Shown one piece after another: positions 27,809 through 37,584 of a stretch of DNA of 64,000 bases. Both the position numbers and the translations under genes were made by a program. Source of the stretch: an uncultured Planctomycetaceae bacterium (lineage in GTDB: Bacteria; Planctomycetota; Planctomycetia; Pirellulales; Thermoguttaceae); the NCBI GenBank assembly GCA_964563135.1, contig CAZLWV010000002.1, positions 15,469 to 79,468 of the forward strand. The letters run 5' to 3'. The first letter of the stretch is position 1, and each line of letters starts with the position of its first letter. The notes below the pieces were generated by a model. That model saw only the letters and a list, made by a program, of their open reading frames with translations, did no database searches and was not told the DNA's origin.

Positions 27809-29056
27809 TCAGCGGACATCCGCATCGATCAGCATATTCGTGTTGTTGCCGATCGCCAGGAGCGGAGCGTAAGGATCGTTGATCTCGCAGGCGGCCTGGC
27901 GTCCAGGATACCAGACCAGGCGGAGAAAGACTCCCCAGCTCTCCCGCTCCTGGCCGGTGGTACCGCCGTCCTTCGGGGCGAGGTAGGTGAAGGAGTTCTC
28001 CAGGGCCCAGGAGGTGCCGAGGGGCACTGTGGCATCGGCCCCGAAAACTCCGTCGCCGTGACTTGTGAAACCTCCCCAGATCCGCCCGATTCCGCCGCCG
28101 GTGAAGTAGCGGCGATAGAAGACCGAGTAGATGTCCATGGGTGCCAACTCGACCTCGGTGATCACTTGATTGACCAGGGGGATGACCATTCGGTCGTTGT
28201 TGGCACCAAACGCGCCGAAGAAACCGTAGTCGTGACATCCGGGCTGGGCAAGAGCGACCTCGGTGCGGATCTGGCCGGTGGTGGCGTTGTCGCGGTAGTT
28301 GTCACGCATGAGGTCGTATACCACGCCCCACTGAAGGCCGTCACACAGGGCTCGATGGAAGATGCCCGAGGTGTAGAAGACCTGGTCCCGGTGGTCGGCA
28401 GAAAAAATGTCGATCACCTGATCGCCCGTGAAGTTGCTGTGGACGACATTGACGCCGACCTGGTAGCCGATGCCCCAGCTTTCACAGAAGGGGGAACTCC
28501 AAACCATGCCGTAGTCGAAGCCAAAATTGCCGTTTCGCCCCAGGTCGGTCGGGCCTTTGAATCCGTGGACCCCAGCCGAGTAGTTCAGATTCGTGACCAG
28601 ATGAACAAAGGCGGCACCGAGAGGGCAACAACTGAGGCAACCGCCAGGCCCGCCGCACGCCCCCCCCTGCCCGCATCCGGTCGAACCGCAGGCAAGCCCT
28701 TCGCCGCAGGCAGTCGGACCGCACAACGAGCAGGAATCGCACGACATTTCAGCTCCGCCAGCCTCGCCGCCTTCATTGAGGACGGACGGCCCGAGTTCCA
28801 GCGGTTCCGTCTCGGTCATCAACGGGATCGACGTGGTTTGCGAGACCGTCTGGGCGGCGAACTGACCGGCCCGATAGGGGGACCAGGTGGACTGTCGTTG
28901 AGGTACGGCTGCAGGACTTTCGAGGACACGGTATTTCCAGACCGTCCGCGAGCCGCCGGTGCCGGCCAGGGTTTCTGCGGAAGCCACTCCACCCATCGCC
29001 ACCGAGAGCATCATGGTCCATGCCATGCAGGTGACATTCCGTGTCAACCGTCTCAT
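27809..29056 (-). CDS. Secreted Cys/Gly-rich protein with a beta-barrel-like C-terminal domain (possible outer-membrane protein)
   Basis: The ATG at 29056 gives MRRLTRNVTCMAWTMMLSVAMGGVASAE (signal peptide). 14 Cys in CDSCSLCGPTACGEGLACGSTGCGQGGACGGPGGCLSCC. The following ~290 aa are rich in Gly and aromatic residues in an alternating pattern. Confidence 0.6.
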   Translation of the reverse strand: MRRLTRNVTCMAWTMMLSVAMGGVASAETLAGTGGSRTVWKYRVLESPAAVPQRQSTWSPYRAGQFAAQTVSQTTSIPLMTETEPLELGPSVLNEGGEAGGAEMSCDSCSLCGPTACGEGLACGSTGCGQGGACGGPGGCLSCCPLGAAFVHLVTNLNYSAGVHGFKGPTDLGRNGNFGFDYGMVWSSPFCESWGIGYQVGVNVVHSNFTGDQVIDIFSADHRDQVFYTSGIFHRALCDGLQWGVVYDLMRDNYRDNATTGQIRTEVALAQPGCHDYGFFGAFGANNDRMVIPLVNQVITEVELAPMDIYSVFYRRYFTGGGIGRIWGGFTSHGDGVFGADATVPLGTSWALENSFTYLAPKDGGTTGQERESWGVFLRLVWYPGRQAACEINDPYAPLLAIGNNTNMLIDADVR

Positions 29057-29395
29057 TTCGGACACCTTTGTTTGGGGGGTATTCGCCACGCTATGGTGTG
29101 CATTTGGGCTTTGGCAGCGACATTATCGGAAAGTCTGAGCTGAAACTTCCGGAATAATCGGAGAATCTCACGAAATCGGAAAAATTACCTCAATCTACGC
29201 AGAATGCAGCAACTGCCTTCCTGCATCCCAGTGGTGGGAGGCGCTGCTGGGAAGGATGCATCGAAGCGACGCTCTGAGCAGATGACGGGAGGCGAGGTGG
29301 CGGAATGGGCTGCGATTGTCCGCCAGCCGGGCTGCTGCGGAATGCCTGCGGCGAGGCCCAAGCGGCGGGTGCCTGGCGAACGAGCCCGGCCCAAG

Positions 29396-29956
29396 TCAGC
29401 TCCGGATCTGAGGAACGTCGGGCACCAGCTTCCGGATCCGGTCGACGAACCTATCGGCCGGGTTGCGGTAGGCGTGGGTGAGCCAGTACCGGTGGCCCTG
29501 CTGGTCGTGAAGGTACCAGCGGTGGGAATCGTTGTCTTCTGCCTGTTCGATGCGGACCAGGTCCTTCAACTTCAATCGAAAGGAATCGCCGCGGGTTTTC
29601 AGAGGGCAGACGCATTCAATCAGTTCTTCATCGAGAATGCAGACGAAGGTCTCATTGCGACGAATTTTGGCCATCGCTGCCCAGGCGACGAGCAGCCCGA
29701 TCAGGGCCTCGGCGACCAGAAAACCCATTGCGAACAGGCGGTTTTCCGGCCACATCGCGGGATACATGAATATCTGAAAGCAGCCGACGACGATGACGGT
29801 CAGTCCGAGCCAGAGGAGCAGGGAGATGCCTTCGGCCAGAGTGCTCTTGGAGTGTTTGAGTGTGTGCATGAAAACCGGGACGGAGGCGGAAGCGGCATCT
29901 GGGGCCGAGGGGGTGATACGCTGAGAAACGACCGGGCGTTTGGGGATATCCAGCAA
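29396..29956 (-). CDS. Hypothetical two-TM membrane protein with a soluble C-terminal domain
   Basis: TM segments ISLLLWLGLTVIVVGCFQIF and FAMGFLVAEALIGLLVAWAAM. Start uncertain (TTG at 29956 or ATG at 29869). Confidence 0.45.
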   Translation of the reverse strand: MLDIPKRPVVSQRITPSAPDAASASVPVFMHTLKHSKSTLAEGISLLLWLGLTVIVVGCFQIFMYPAMWPENRLFAMGFLVAEALIGLLVAWAAMAKIRRNETFVCILDEELIECVCPLKTRGDSFRLKLKDLVRIEQAEDNDSHRWYLHDQQGHRYWLTHAYRNPADRFVDRIRKLVPDVPQIRS

Positions 29957-30435
29957 ACGGGCTCGGGCCCTTGGCGGGCCACGATTCTTCTCTTAAACCT
30001 GAGGATACCGCGGTGTGGCCGGGGGATGCAAATGGCGGTGCGAACGATTCTGGGTACGGGTGTTGGCAACCGTGGGAGAGTCGGGAGACCTGCCACGGGT
30101 GGGGTTTGGTGTTCCCCCGGTCCGCTTGACGAGAGCTGTTCCGGTCGTGTATCAATACGGAATTCGGCACCACCCCATTCTGCCGATCTTGCGGCAGCGC
30201 GCTGAGCAGGCAAGCGGCAGAGGCGGCATGGCGACGGACGCAGAGCCCGCTCGTTCAGGGCGAGCTCAGTTGCTGCCAGAATCGACAGCCGCGTGCGTGC
30301 ACGAGGTGGAGGATCCAGGCCGACGCGCGGCTGGGTTACCCGAATGGTTGCCAGGGAGACCTGTCGACTGGTCGATATCCGTTTGTGGTTTTTCGGGGCG
30401 GCGTGTGCTGCGACCGTCCGGAGGAGGTGATCTCC

Positions 30436-31470
30436 GTGCAAGAGATTCGTGCCGTGCAAGAGATACGTGAGCAGTTTCAGGCGGATCTTGCGGCGGTCAG
30501 TTCGGCCCAGGAGGTGGAAGATGTGCGGATCAAGTACCTGGGGCGCAAGGGTCTGATCACCACGCTGGCCAAGAATACCGACTTCAAGAAACTCAGCGAG
30601 GAGGAGAAACGCAGCTTTGGCCAGCAGCTCAACGAATTGAAGACACTGGCCAGCGAGAAGGTGGCGGAGGCGGCCAGCACGGCCAAGTTGGGGCAGGCCG
30701 CGAAGAGGGGGGCCGCGTTGGACCTTACTCTCCCCGGGACGGGACACTCGCTGGGCTCGCTCCATCCGATCACGCTGGTGCAGATGGAACTGGAAGACAT
30801 CTTCCAGGGCATGGGATTCATGGTCCTGACCGGGCCGGACGTGGAGACGGAGCACTACAATTTCGACGCTCTGAACATTCCAGCGGACCATCCGGCCCGC
30901 GACATGCAGGACACGTTCTGGCTGGAGAACGGGATGTTGATGAAGACCCACACGTCGGCCAACCAGGTGCGGACGCTGGAGAAATTCGGTGCGCCGGTGC
31001 GGGCGATCTTCCCGGGCCGCTGTTTCCGCTACGAGGCCATGGACCCGAGCCACGAGACGACCTTTTACCAGTGCGAGGGGCTCGTTGTCGACCGCAACAT
31101 CTCCGTGGCGAATCTGATCGCGACGATGAAGGCCCTGCTGGGCGAGATCTTCCATCGTGACGTGGCCGTACGATTGCGCCCCGGCTTCTTCCCGTTCGTT
31201 GAACCGGGGTTTGAACTCGATCTGCAATGCCTCCTGTGCGGCGGCAAGAAGTGCTCCACCTGCGGTGACGGATGGCTCGAATTGATCCCCTGCGGGCTGG
31301 TCCATCCCCGCGTGCTCCAGTTCGGCGGGATCGACACCAGCAAGTACAGCGGATTCGCCTTTGGCCTGGGGCTTACCCGGCTGGCCATGATGAAGTACGG
31401 CATCCAGGATATTCGCCGCTTCAACTCGGGCGACATTCGCTTCTGTTCCCAGTTTCCTGCGGCAGTTTGA
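30436..31470 (+). CDS. pheS: Phenylalanine--tRNA ligase alpha subunit
   Basis: GTG at 30436 preceded by GGAGGAGGTGA. Class II motifs (HPARDMQDTF; FPGRCFRYE; GFAFGLGLTRLAM). Confidence 0.95.
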   Translation: MQEIRAVQEIREQFQADLAAVSSAQEVEDVRIKYLGRKGLITTLAKNTDFKKLSEEEKRSFGQQLNELKTLASEKVAEAASTAKLGQAAKRGAALDLTLPGTGHSLGSLHPITLVQMELEDIFQGMGFMVLTGPDVETEHYNFDALNIPADHPARDMQDTFWLENGMLMKTHTSANQVRTLEKFGAPVRAIFPGRCFRYEAMDPSHETTFYQCEGLVVDRNISVANLIATMKALLGEIFHRDVAVRLRPGFFPFVEPGFELDLQCLLCGGKKCSTCGDGWLELIPCGLVHPRVLQFGGIDTSKYSGFAFGLGLTRLAMMKYGIQDIRRFNSGDIRFCSQFPAAV

Positions 31471-31495
31471 CGGCCGTTTTCCTCGGAGTTCTCTT

Positions 31496-33901
31496 GTGAA
31501 AATCTCGCTCGACTGGATATCCGATTTCGTCGACCTTTCCGATCTGGATCCGGAGACCATTGCCGACCGGTTGACCCTGGCGACGGCGGAGGTGGAGGGT
31601 TTTGAGGTGATCGGCCGCTCGCTCGGCGGCGTGCTCGTGGCCGAAGTTGTTTCCGTCCGGTCGATCGCCAGTCCGCAGGAAGCGGCCGCGGGCAAGTCGC
31701 TGGCGGTCGTCGAGGTGGATTGCGGCGGGAAACGGTATCAGACAGTGTGCGGGGCCCCCAACGTCCGCAAAGGGATGAAAGCCGCCTTTGCCCCGGCTGG
31801 AGCGGTGCTGGCGGAGAACACAAGGATCGAAGCCGGCGAGCTTCGCGGCCACAAGAGCGAGGGTGTGCTGTGCTCGGCAGCGGAACTGGGAATGAGCCAA
31901 TGGCACGAGGAGCTTCTGGAACTGCCTCAGGAGATCGACGCGGGGACGCCCCTGGCCGATCTTATTCCCGCCGAGGATGTGCTCATCGAGGTCGACAACA
32001 AGAGCCTCACCCATCGTCCGGACCTGTGGGGCCACTACGGATTCGCGAGGGAGCTGGCGGCCATCTTCCGACGCCCGCTCAAGCCACTGCCGATGGTCGA
32101 TCTGGCGGCTTACGACGATCTGCCGGAGTATCCCCTGTCGGTGGACGATTTTGAGAACTGCCCCTGCTACGGGTGCATCGAGCTGGAGTGCAAGGCGACG
32201 ATTGCCTCACCCGTCGTCATGCAGCGGCGCCTGCATGCCCTGGGGCAGCGAACGATGAACCTCTCGATCGACGTGACGAATTATGCGATGCTCGAGCTGG
32301 GCCAGCCGACACACGCCTTCGACGGCGACCGGATCACTGCGATACGGGTGGCCCCCATGGGCAAGGAAGGGACGTTTACGACCCTTGACGGGCAAGATCG
32401 GAAGATGTTGCCCGAGGATCTGCTCATCTGGGACGCCGAAAAACCCGTGGCCCTGGCGGGCGTGATGGGGGGGCTGAACAGCGAGGTGGGGGAATCGACG
32501 ACGAAGCTGTTGCTGGAATGCGCCAATTTCAAGGCGTCCCGCATTCGGCGAACGTCGGTCCGTTTCGATCTGAGAACGGAGGCCGCCCAGCGTTTTGAGA
32601 AGACCCAGCCGCCGGTGAACGTGAAACGAGGAATCGCGAGAATTCTCAAGCTGATCGAAGAGGCGGGGGCCGAGCCGAAAGTCACAAGCCGGATGACCCT
32701 GGCGGGCGATCTCAAGGAGGGCTATCGTACGGTGGAACTGGCGCCGGGAAGCCTTGCGGCGATGGCCGGGGCGGAGATTCCCGACGACGAGGTGCTGGGG
32801 ATCCTGCGCCGACTGGAGTTCAAGGCCGAGCTGGCCGCCGACGGCACGCTCAAGGTGGGCGTGCCACCTCATCGCAGCGAGAAGGATATATCGATTCCCC
32901 AGGATATTGCCGAAGAGGTACTTCGCGTTTACGGCTACGGCAGGATCGAGCCGCGGATGCCCAAGATGCCCCTGAAGCCGCTGTTGGCCAACAAGACCCT
33001 CCGGACCGAGCACAAGGCGCGCCGGCTGCTGGCGGCAGGCCACCACTTTGCGGAAGTGCACACGTACGGCTGGACAGACGACAACTGGATTGCCAGGCTC
33101 GGGTTCGAGCCGCAGAGTCCGCTCATGTTTGCCAACCCCATTGCCCAGCAGTATCGCCGGTTACGTACGACTCTGGTGCCAAATCTTCTGGCGCTGGTGG
33201 ACGTGAACCGAACGCATCGCGACGCATTCCGACTGTTCGAATTGGGACGGGTGTACGAGGCGGCGAAGGACGGCTGCCGCGAAGGGCTTCGTCTCGGGGG
33301 GATCAGCTATCAGCAATCGCCACAGCCGCCGGTGGAGGAGCATCTGCGCGGCATCAAGGGGGCGATCGAGGATCTGGGACGGATGATCGGTGGCAAGCCA
33401 CTTTCCTTTGTCCCGGCCGGCGGTGTGGCACTGCCGTGGCAGATACCCGGCTATTGGGTGGCGATCCAGTGCGGCGGAGAAACCGTCGGTGGTCTCGGGG
33501 CTCTGGCCGGCAAGGTTTTGGAGGCGGTGGCTCCGAGCGGCGGGCAAGTGGTGTGGTTCGAGATCGAGTTCGACCGGCTGGACGGGCCGATCTTCCCCGT
33601 GGTCGAGTACGAGGCCCCTCCCCGCTACCCCGGCTCGTGGCAGGATTTTTCGCTCGTCTGGGATCTGGAACAGGGCTTCGCGGCGTTGGAGGGAATCCTG
33701 GCCGAGTTCAGCCATCCGCTGGTCACCGAAAGAGAGTTCGTGACTTCCTACAAGGGAAAGGGGCTTCCTCCGGGCAAGGCGAGCTATTCCTACCGCTTCT
33801 GGATCGGCGCGGAAGACCACACGCTTTCGAGCGAGGAGATCGAAGGCTTCCGGAAAGCGTTCTTGGATTTCCTTGGCCAACGCGAGATTGCCCTGCGATA
33901 G
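31496..33901 (+). CDS. pheT: Phenylalanine--tRNA ligase beta subunit
   Basis: MKISLDWISDFV N-terminus, tRNA-binding OB domain, B3/4 and B5 regions, C-terminal anticodon-binding domain. 801 aa. Confidence 0.95.
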   Translation: MKISLDWISDFVDLSDLDPETIADRLTLATAEVEGFEVIGRSLGGVLVAEVVSVRSIASPQEAAAGKSLAVVEVDCGGKRYQTVCGAPNVRKGMKAAFAPAGAVLAENTRIEAGELRGHKSEGVLCSAAELGMSQWHEELLELPQEIDAGTPLADLIPAEDVLIEVDNKSLTHRPDLWGHYGFARELAAIFRRPLKPLPMVDLAAYDDLPEYPLSVDDFENCPCYGCIELECKATIASPVVMQRRLHALGQRTMNLSIDVTNYAMLELGQPTHAFDGDRITAIRVAPMGKEGTFTTLDGQDRKMLPEDLLIWDAEKPVALAGVMGGLNSEVGESTTKLLLECANFKASRIRRTSVRFDLRTEAAQRFEKTQPPVNVKRGIARILKLIEEAGAEPKVTSRMTLAGDLKEGYRTVELAPGSLAAMAGAEIPDDEVLGILRRLEFKAELAADGTLKVGVPPHRSEKDISIPQDIAEEVLRVYGYGRIEPRMPKMPLKPLLANKTLRTEHKARRLLAAGHHFAEVHTYGWTDDNWIARLGFEPQSPLMFANPIAQQYRRLRTTLVPNLLALVDVNRTHRDAFRLFELGRVYEAAKDGCREGLRLGGISYQQSPQPPVEEHLRGIKGAIEDLGRMIGGKPLSFVPAGGVALPWQIPGYWVAIQCGGETVGGLGALAGKVLEAVAPSGGQVVWFEIEFDRLDGPIFPVVEYEAPPRYPGSWQDFSLVWDLEQGFAALEGILAEFSHPLVTEREFVTSYKGKGLPPGKASYSYRFWIGAEDHTLSSEEIEGFRKAFLDFLGQREIALR

Positions 33902-33981
33902 GCAGGATAGGAGCCTCTGTCCGAACGGGGGAATCTCCCCGCCGGCGCGGACGGGCACGACCGGCGGTTCTGCGATCGACT

Positions 33982-34017
33982 GAAAAGAACACCTCGGCGG
34001 CCGGGGCAACCGAGGTG
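33982..34017 (-). terminator. Rho-independent terminator for the minus-strand DUF1559 / lipoprotein unit
   Basis: On the minus strand: CACCTCGG - 12-nt loop - CCGAGGTG, followed by TTCTTTTC. It lies 132 nt downstream of the stop at 34150. Confidence 0.55.
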
Positions 34018-34149
34018 CGAAGGGGTGTGTTCTTACGAGGGATGATCGCGGCGCTTGAAACGGGAGCAAGCGATCGGCGTCGAAATCACGTCTGGCCAAA
34101 CGGGAACCGCTTGCAGGCCGGGGCCTGGAACCAGTTGCCGACGAAGCGA

Positions 34150-34569
34150 TCAACCGCCCTTCTTCAAGGGAACCGTGATCTCGTTGGGGCCTTCGGCCAA
34201 GTCAACCTTGATATCGCTCATCTCGTTCCAGTACTTGTCCGGAACCGTGGTGTCAATCGAAACGGGAGCCGCCTCCTCGCTATTGGTAGCGGACGCCTTG
34301 GGAGCCAGATAAACGGTGTATTTGCCCACCGGAAGCGGTTCGGCGATCGAGAAGGTCCCGTCCGACTGAATATCGGCCGAACCGGCCTGGCCGCTGTCGA
34401 CACCGAGCAATACGACCGAGGCATTGGAATAGGGCTGATCGTCCAAAGTCACTTTGCCCTTGACGGTACCGGTTGGAATCTTCTTGCTGCATCCGACCGA
34501 TGTGACCGCCACGAGGATCAGCAGAAGCAGATACTGACGAACCACGCGACACAGATTGCTGTTGCCCAT
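34150..34569 (-). CDS. Small lipoprotein with a carboxypeptidase-regulatory-like beta-sandwich
   Basis: ATG at 34569 preceded by GAAAGGA. Signal peptide plus lipobox LILVAVTSVGC. GTVKGKVTLDDQPYSNASVVL... Paralogous to the protein at 40663-41157. Confidence 0.7.
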   Translation of the reverse strand: MGNSNLCRVVRQYLLLLILVAVTSVGCSKKIPTGTVKGKVTLDDQPYSNASVVLLGVDSGQAGSADIQSDGTFSIAEPLPVGKYTVYLAPKASATNSEEAAPVSIDTTVPDKYWNEMSDIKVDLAEGPNEITVPLKKGG

Positions 34570-34671
34570 AAGGGAATGTCCTTTCTCTCGGTAGCGTTTG
34601 ATGTGAGTTGGCACTTCCGCTGAGGCCAATCGGAGAGCTGCACTCTCTGATTGACCTGGGAGAACGGGCGA

Positions 34672-35676
34672 TCAGAGCGAACTCTGAATCGGCTCTCCAT
34701 CCAGACGACATGCCAATCGCTTCAGATCGGTGAAGTCGATGGTCTCGGAGACGAAATGGACACTCCCGTCGGTCATGAGGGCCTGAACCCCTCCGGGATG
34801 CATCGAATTGAGGGGTGTGTTGTTGCGGTACATGGCATCCGTTGCGCCGACCTGGCAAATGTTTGCATTGGGAGCGAAGCGGACGCAGGTGGTGCCGGCT
34901 TGCCAAAGGTCGCTGCAGCCCGATGGATGGCCGACGGGACGCGGATGCCGCGAGCCGTACCATCCGCCGTAGTAATTGGCAGATCGATTTCCGCCGTAGG
35001 AGGTGCAGGCGTCTACCACACGGATGACGCCGGATTGCTCTCCCACGAGCATCGTATTGGAGGTTCCATCACGGCAGTCCGCAATATCGAAACACTGGTT
35101 GGCGGCGAGCATTCCATTATTGCACGACCAGCCGTGCCCGCAATCCTGGGTACCTACGTTGGCATCGATTCCAGGAACGGGCCTAGCGGCACCCTGGATA
35201 CCGGCGTAATTGATGTTTTGAGTGGTTCCGGCCGGGTTGTTGTGGCCTTCCGAGAGCGGCTTGAAAGCGCTCGAGGGGCAGGCATAGATGGGAACAATCA
35301 GCCCACGGAGAACCTCATTGCCGAGAAGGGCGTTGGTGTTGGCGGCCATGAACGAAGACGAATAGGTGAACGACAACTGATCGTGGACCGGTCCCTGTTC
35401 GGCGAACGGCAGGATCAGGGCCCGCCAGTTCGAGCCGTTGGAAGGCCATGCCTCCCGCAGGTTGAACGACCCGAGAGGAAACGTCTTGTGGGTGTCGTGG
35501 TAGTTGTGCAAGGCAATCCCGATCTGCTTCAGGTTATTGGAACACTGCGAGCGCCTTGCCGCTTCGCGTGCGGCCTGGACGGCCGGGAGTAACAGCGCGA
35601 TCAAGATGCCGATGATCGCAATCACGACGAGCAGTTCGACCAGGGTGAAACCCCTGGCATGGATGCGTCGAGCCAT
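34672..35676 (-). CDS. DUF1559 domain protein with a prepilin-type N-terminal methylation motif
   Basis: RGFTLVELLVVIAIIGILIALLLPAVQAAREAARRSQCSNNLKQIGIALHNY, and C-terminal HPGGVQALMTDGSVHFVSETID. Confidence 0.9.
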   Translation of the reverse strand: MARRIHARGFTLVELLVVIAIIGILIALLLPAVQAAREAARRSQCSNNLKQIGIALHNYHDTHKTFPLGSFNLREAWPSNGSNWRALILPFAEQGPVHDQLSFTYSSSFMAANTNALLGNEVLRGLIVPIYACPSSAFKPLSEGHNNPAGTTQNINYAGIQGAARPVPGIDANVGTQDCGHGWSCNNGMLAANQCFDIADCRDGTSNTMLVGEQSGVIRVVDACTSYGGNRSANYYGGWYGSRHPRPVGHPSGCSDLWQAGTTCVRFAPNANICQVGATDAMYRNNTPLNSMHPGGVQALMTDGSVHFVSETIDFTDLKRLACRLDGEPIQSSL

Positions 35677-35799
35677 CCATAATCAACCCCCTAAGTGAAC
35701 GGATCAAGGAACGGTACAAATACATATCGCCAAGCCTGCCGCGTAACCCTAACGCCGGACGCGTGAGTTTCTAACGGCGATGTTAGCAACGTCGCGCGT

Positions 35800-35827
35800 A
35801 TTATAACAGCCTCAGACTCCAGGTCAA
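35800..35827 (-). promoter_or_regulatory. Sigma-70-type promoter for the DUF1559 / lipoprotein unit
   Basis: On the minus strand: TTGACC (35827-35822), 16-nt spacer, then TGtTATAAT (extended -10; TATAAT at 35805-35800). About 115-nt leader to the ATG at 35676. Confidence 0.5.
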
Positions 35828-35946
35828 GGTTTTTCGAGGCCCCCCCCACGAAAGGCGAGAGGCCGCCGGGAGGCCTTTGTCGCGGAGGCGGCCGCTGGGA
35901 AGTGTGCATCGGGCGGGCACGGCGGCGAGGGGAATCGAGCCCCGGG

Positions 35947-37584
35947 TCAGAGGGGCGTCCCTGTGCCTTCTCGCAGCACGCAGGGGCGGTTGGGCTCGAG
36001 CGGGCCAAAGACCTCAGGCTTGCCGCCGCTCCAGCGAACCTCGACGCGAACCGGCGATCGATTCTGGCCGAGTCCGAAGTGGAGGCGTTTTCCCCAATCG
36101 CTCTGATAGCCCCGCCCGCTGTGGACTTCGGCGATCTGCTGCAATGAACCGGAGAGGACCCGAACGCGAGCCCCCACACCGCCGCGGTTGCTCCGGGTCC
36201 CTTCAAGCTGCAACTGGATCCAGTGGTTGACCGGCTGCGAGTCGTTTCTGAGCACGGTGGGCAGTTCGCGCGAGTTGAGGACCACGATGTCCTGATCGCC
36301 GTCGTTGTCGAGGTCTCCGAAGGCGGCGCCGCGGCTGCTGTACTCGACCGCCATGCCGTCGCCGGCCGATTCCGTCACATTCAGGAGCTTTCCGCCCCGG
36401 TTCTCGAACAGCAGGTTCTTTGCCCGGGCCGTGTCGTCGCGGAGTTCGATGTTGTCGTCGAGGTCGCCGCAGGCAACGAACAGATCGAGGTCTCCGTCGT
36501 TGTCAAAATCGACGAATCCCTGGCCCCAGGTCACATAGGGAAGCGTTGCCTGGAGATCGCCGACCAGGCGGGTCACGTCGTCGAAACACCCATCCCCAAG
36601 GTTGTGGTAGATGGTCGCCAATTCATGGCGGTACGAAGTGACACAGAAATCCGGGTGGCCGTCGTTATCGTAGTCGCCGCATTCGACACCCATGCTGCCA
36701 TGGGGGATTCCTCCAAGATCGTAGGCGAATCCGGCCAGGACTCCAACCTCGGAGAACCGTCCTGCCCCGTCGTTCTGAAACAGGGAATTGGCCATGACAT
36801 CGTTGCCCACGAAGACATCGGTGTCGCCGTCGTTGTCGTAGTCGGCGCAGGTCATGCCCATGCCGGTCCCGGCACAGTCGCCGATTCCTGAGTCGGCGGT
36901 GACGTCGGTGAAGGTGCCGTCTCCATTGTTGCGGTAGAGCGTGTCGGGATCAGGAGAGTAGTCCAGGGGGCTGGGATAGCACGGCACGCCCTTGACGGTG
37001 TGCGGGACGTGCGTCTGGTAGGAGAACTGGACGTAGTTGGCCACGTAGAGGTCGAGGTCTCCATCTCCCTCGATGTCGAGAAACGACACGCCGGCACCGA
37101 CCCGGTTTCCGTTGCCGACGCCCGCCTCTGCGGTCACGTCGGAGAAGGTGCCGTTGCCGTTGTTTCGATAGAGAATGTTGGGGCCGAAGTTGTTCAGATA
37201 CAGATCCAGGTCCCCGTCGTTGTCGTAGTCGCCGGTAGCGACCCCGAGTCCGTGTCCGGTGTCACCCACGCCCGCCTCGCTGGTCACATCGGTGAAGTGC
37301 CACTGGCCGTCGTTGCGGTACAGCGCGTTGGCCGGTGGTTTGCTGTAACTGGTTCCGGGAAGTGCGCCGCCGTTGAGGAAGTAGATATCCTCGTCTCCGT
37401 CTCCGTCGTAGTCGAAGAGTGCCATTCCCGCGCAGACGTATTCCACGATGTAACGTTGTCCGCTGCTGCCGTCGCAGTGACGAAACGTGATCCCGGTCGA
37501 GCCGGTCACGTCGGCAAGGCGAATCGCGGATTCGGGCTCCGGGTTTGCGGCACACGCGGCAGCGAGAAGAAATGCGAGGATCAT
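35947..37584 (-). CDS. CRTAC1-family FG-GAP repeat protein with a C-terminal ASPIC/UnbV domain
   Basis: Repeated DYDGDGDxDIY / DYDNDGDLDLY Ca-binding FG-GAP motifs. C-terminal NRGGVGARVRV...HSGRGYQSD. The start overlaps the upstream TPR gene stop (ATGA). Confidence 0.85.
   Translation of the reverse strand: MILAFLLAAACAANPEPESAIRLADVTGSTGITFRHCDGSSGQRYIVEYVCAGMALFDYDGDGDEDIYFLNGGALPGTSYSKPPANALYRNDGQWHFTDVTSEAGVGDTGHGLGVATGDYDNDGDLDLYLNNFGPNILYRNNGNGTFSDVTAEAGVGNGNRVGAGVSFLDIEGDGDLDLYVANYVQFSYQTHVPHTVKGVPCYPSPLDYSPDPDTLYRNNGDGTFTDVTADSGIGDCAGTGMGMTCADYDNDGDTDVFVGNDVMANSLFQNDGAGRFSEVGVLAGFAYDLGGIPHGSMGVECGDYDNDGHPDFCVTSYRHELATIYHNLGDGCFDDVTRLVGDLQATLPYVTWGQGFVDFDNDGDLDLFVACGDLDDNIELRDDTARAKNLLFENRGGKLLNVTESAGDGMAVEYSSRGAAFGDLDNDGDQDIVVLNSRELPTVLRNDSQPVNHWIQLQLEGTRSNRGGVGARVRVLSGSLQQIAEVHSGRGYQSDWGKRLHFGLGQNRSPVRVEVRWSGGKPEVFGPLEPNRPCVLREGTGTPL

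Noticed and set aside
29957-30435. pheST attenuator or leader peptide, or an ncRNA, in the 479-nt region upstream of pheS.
   Set aside because: There is no Phe-codon-rich leader ORF. The only hairpin followed by Ts (GACC-N8-GGTC ... GTTTGTGGTTTTTC) has a 4-bp stem. No recognisable RNA family motif.
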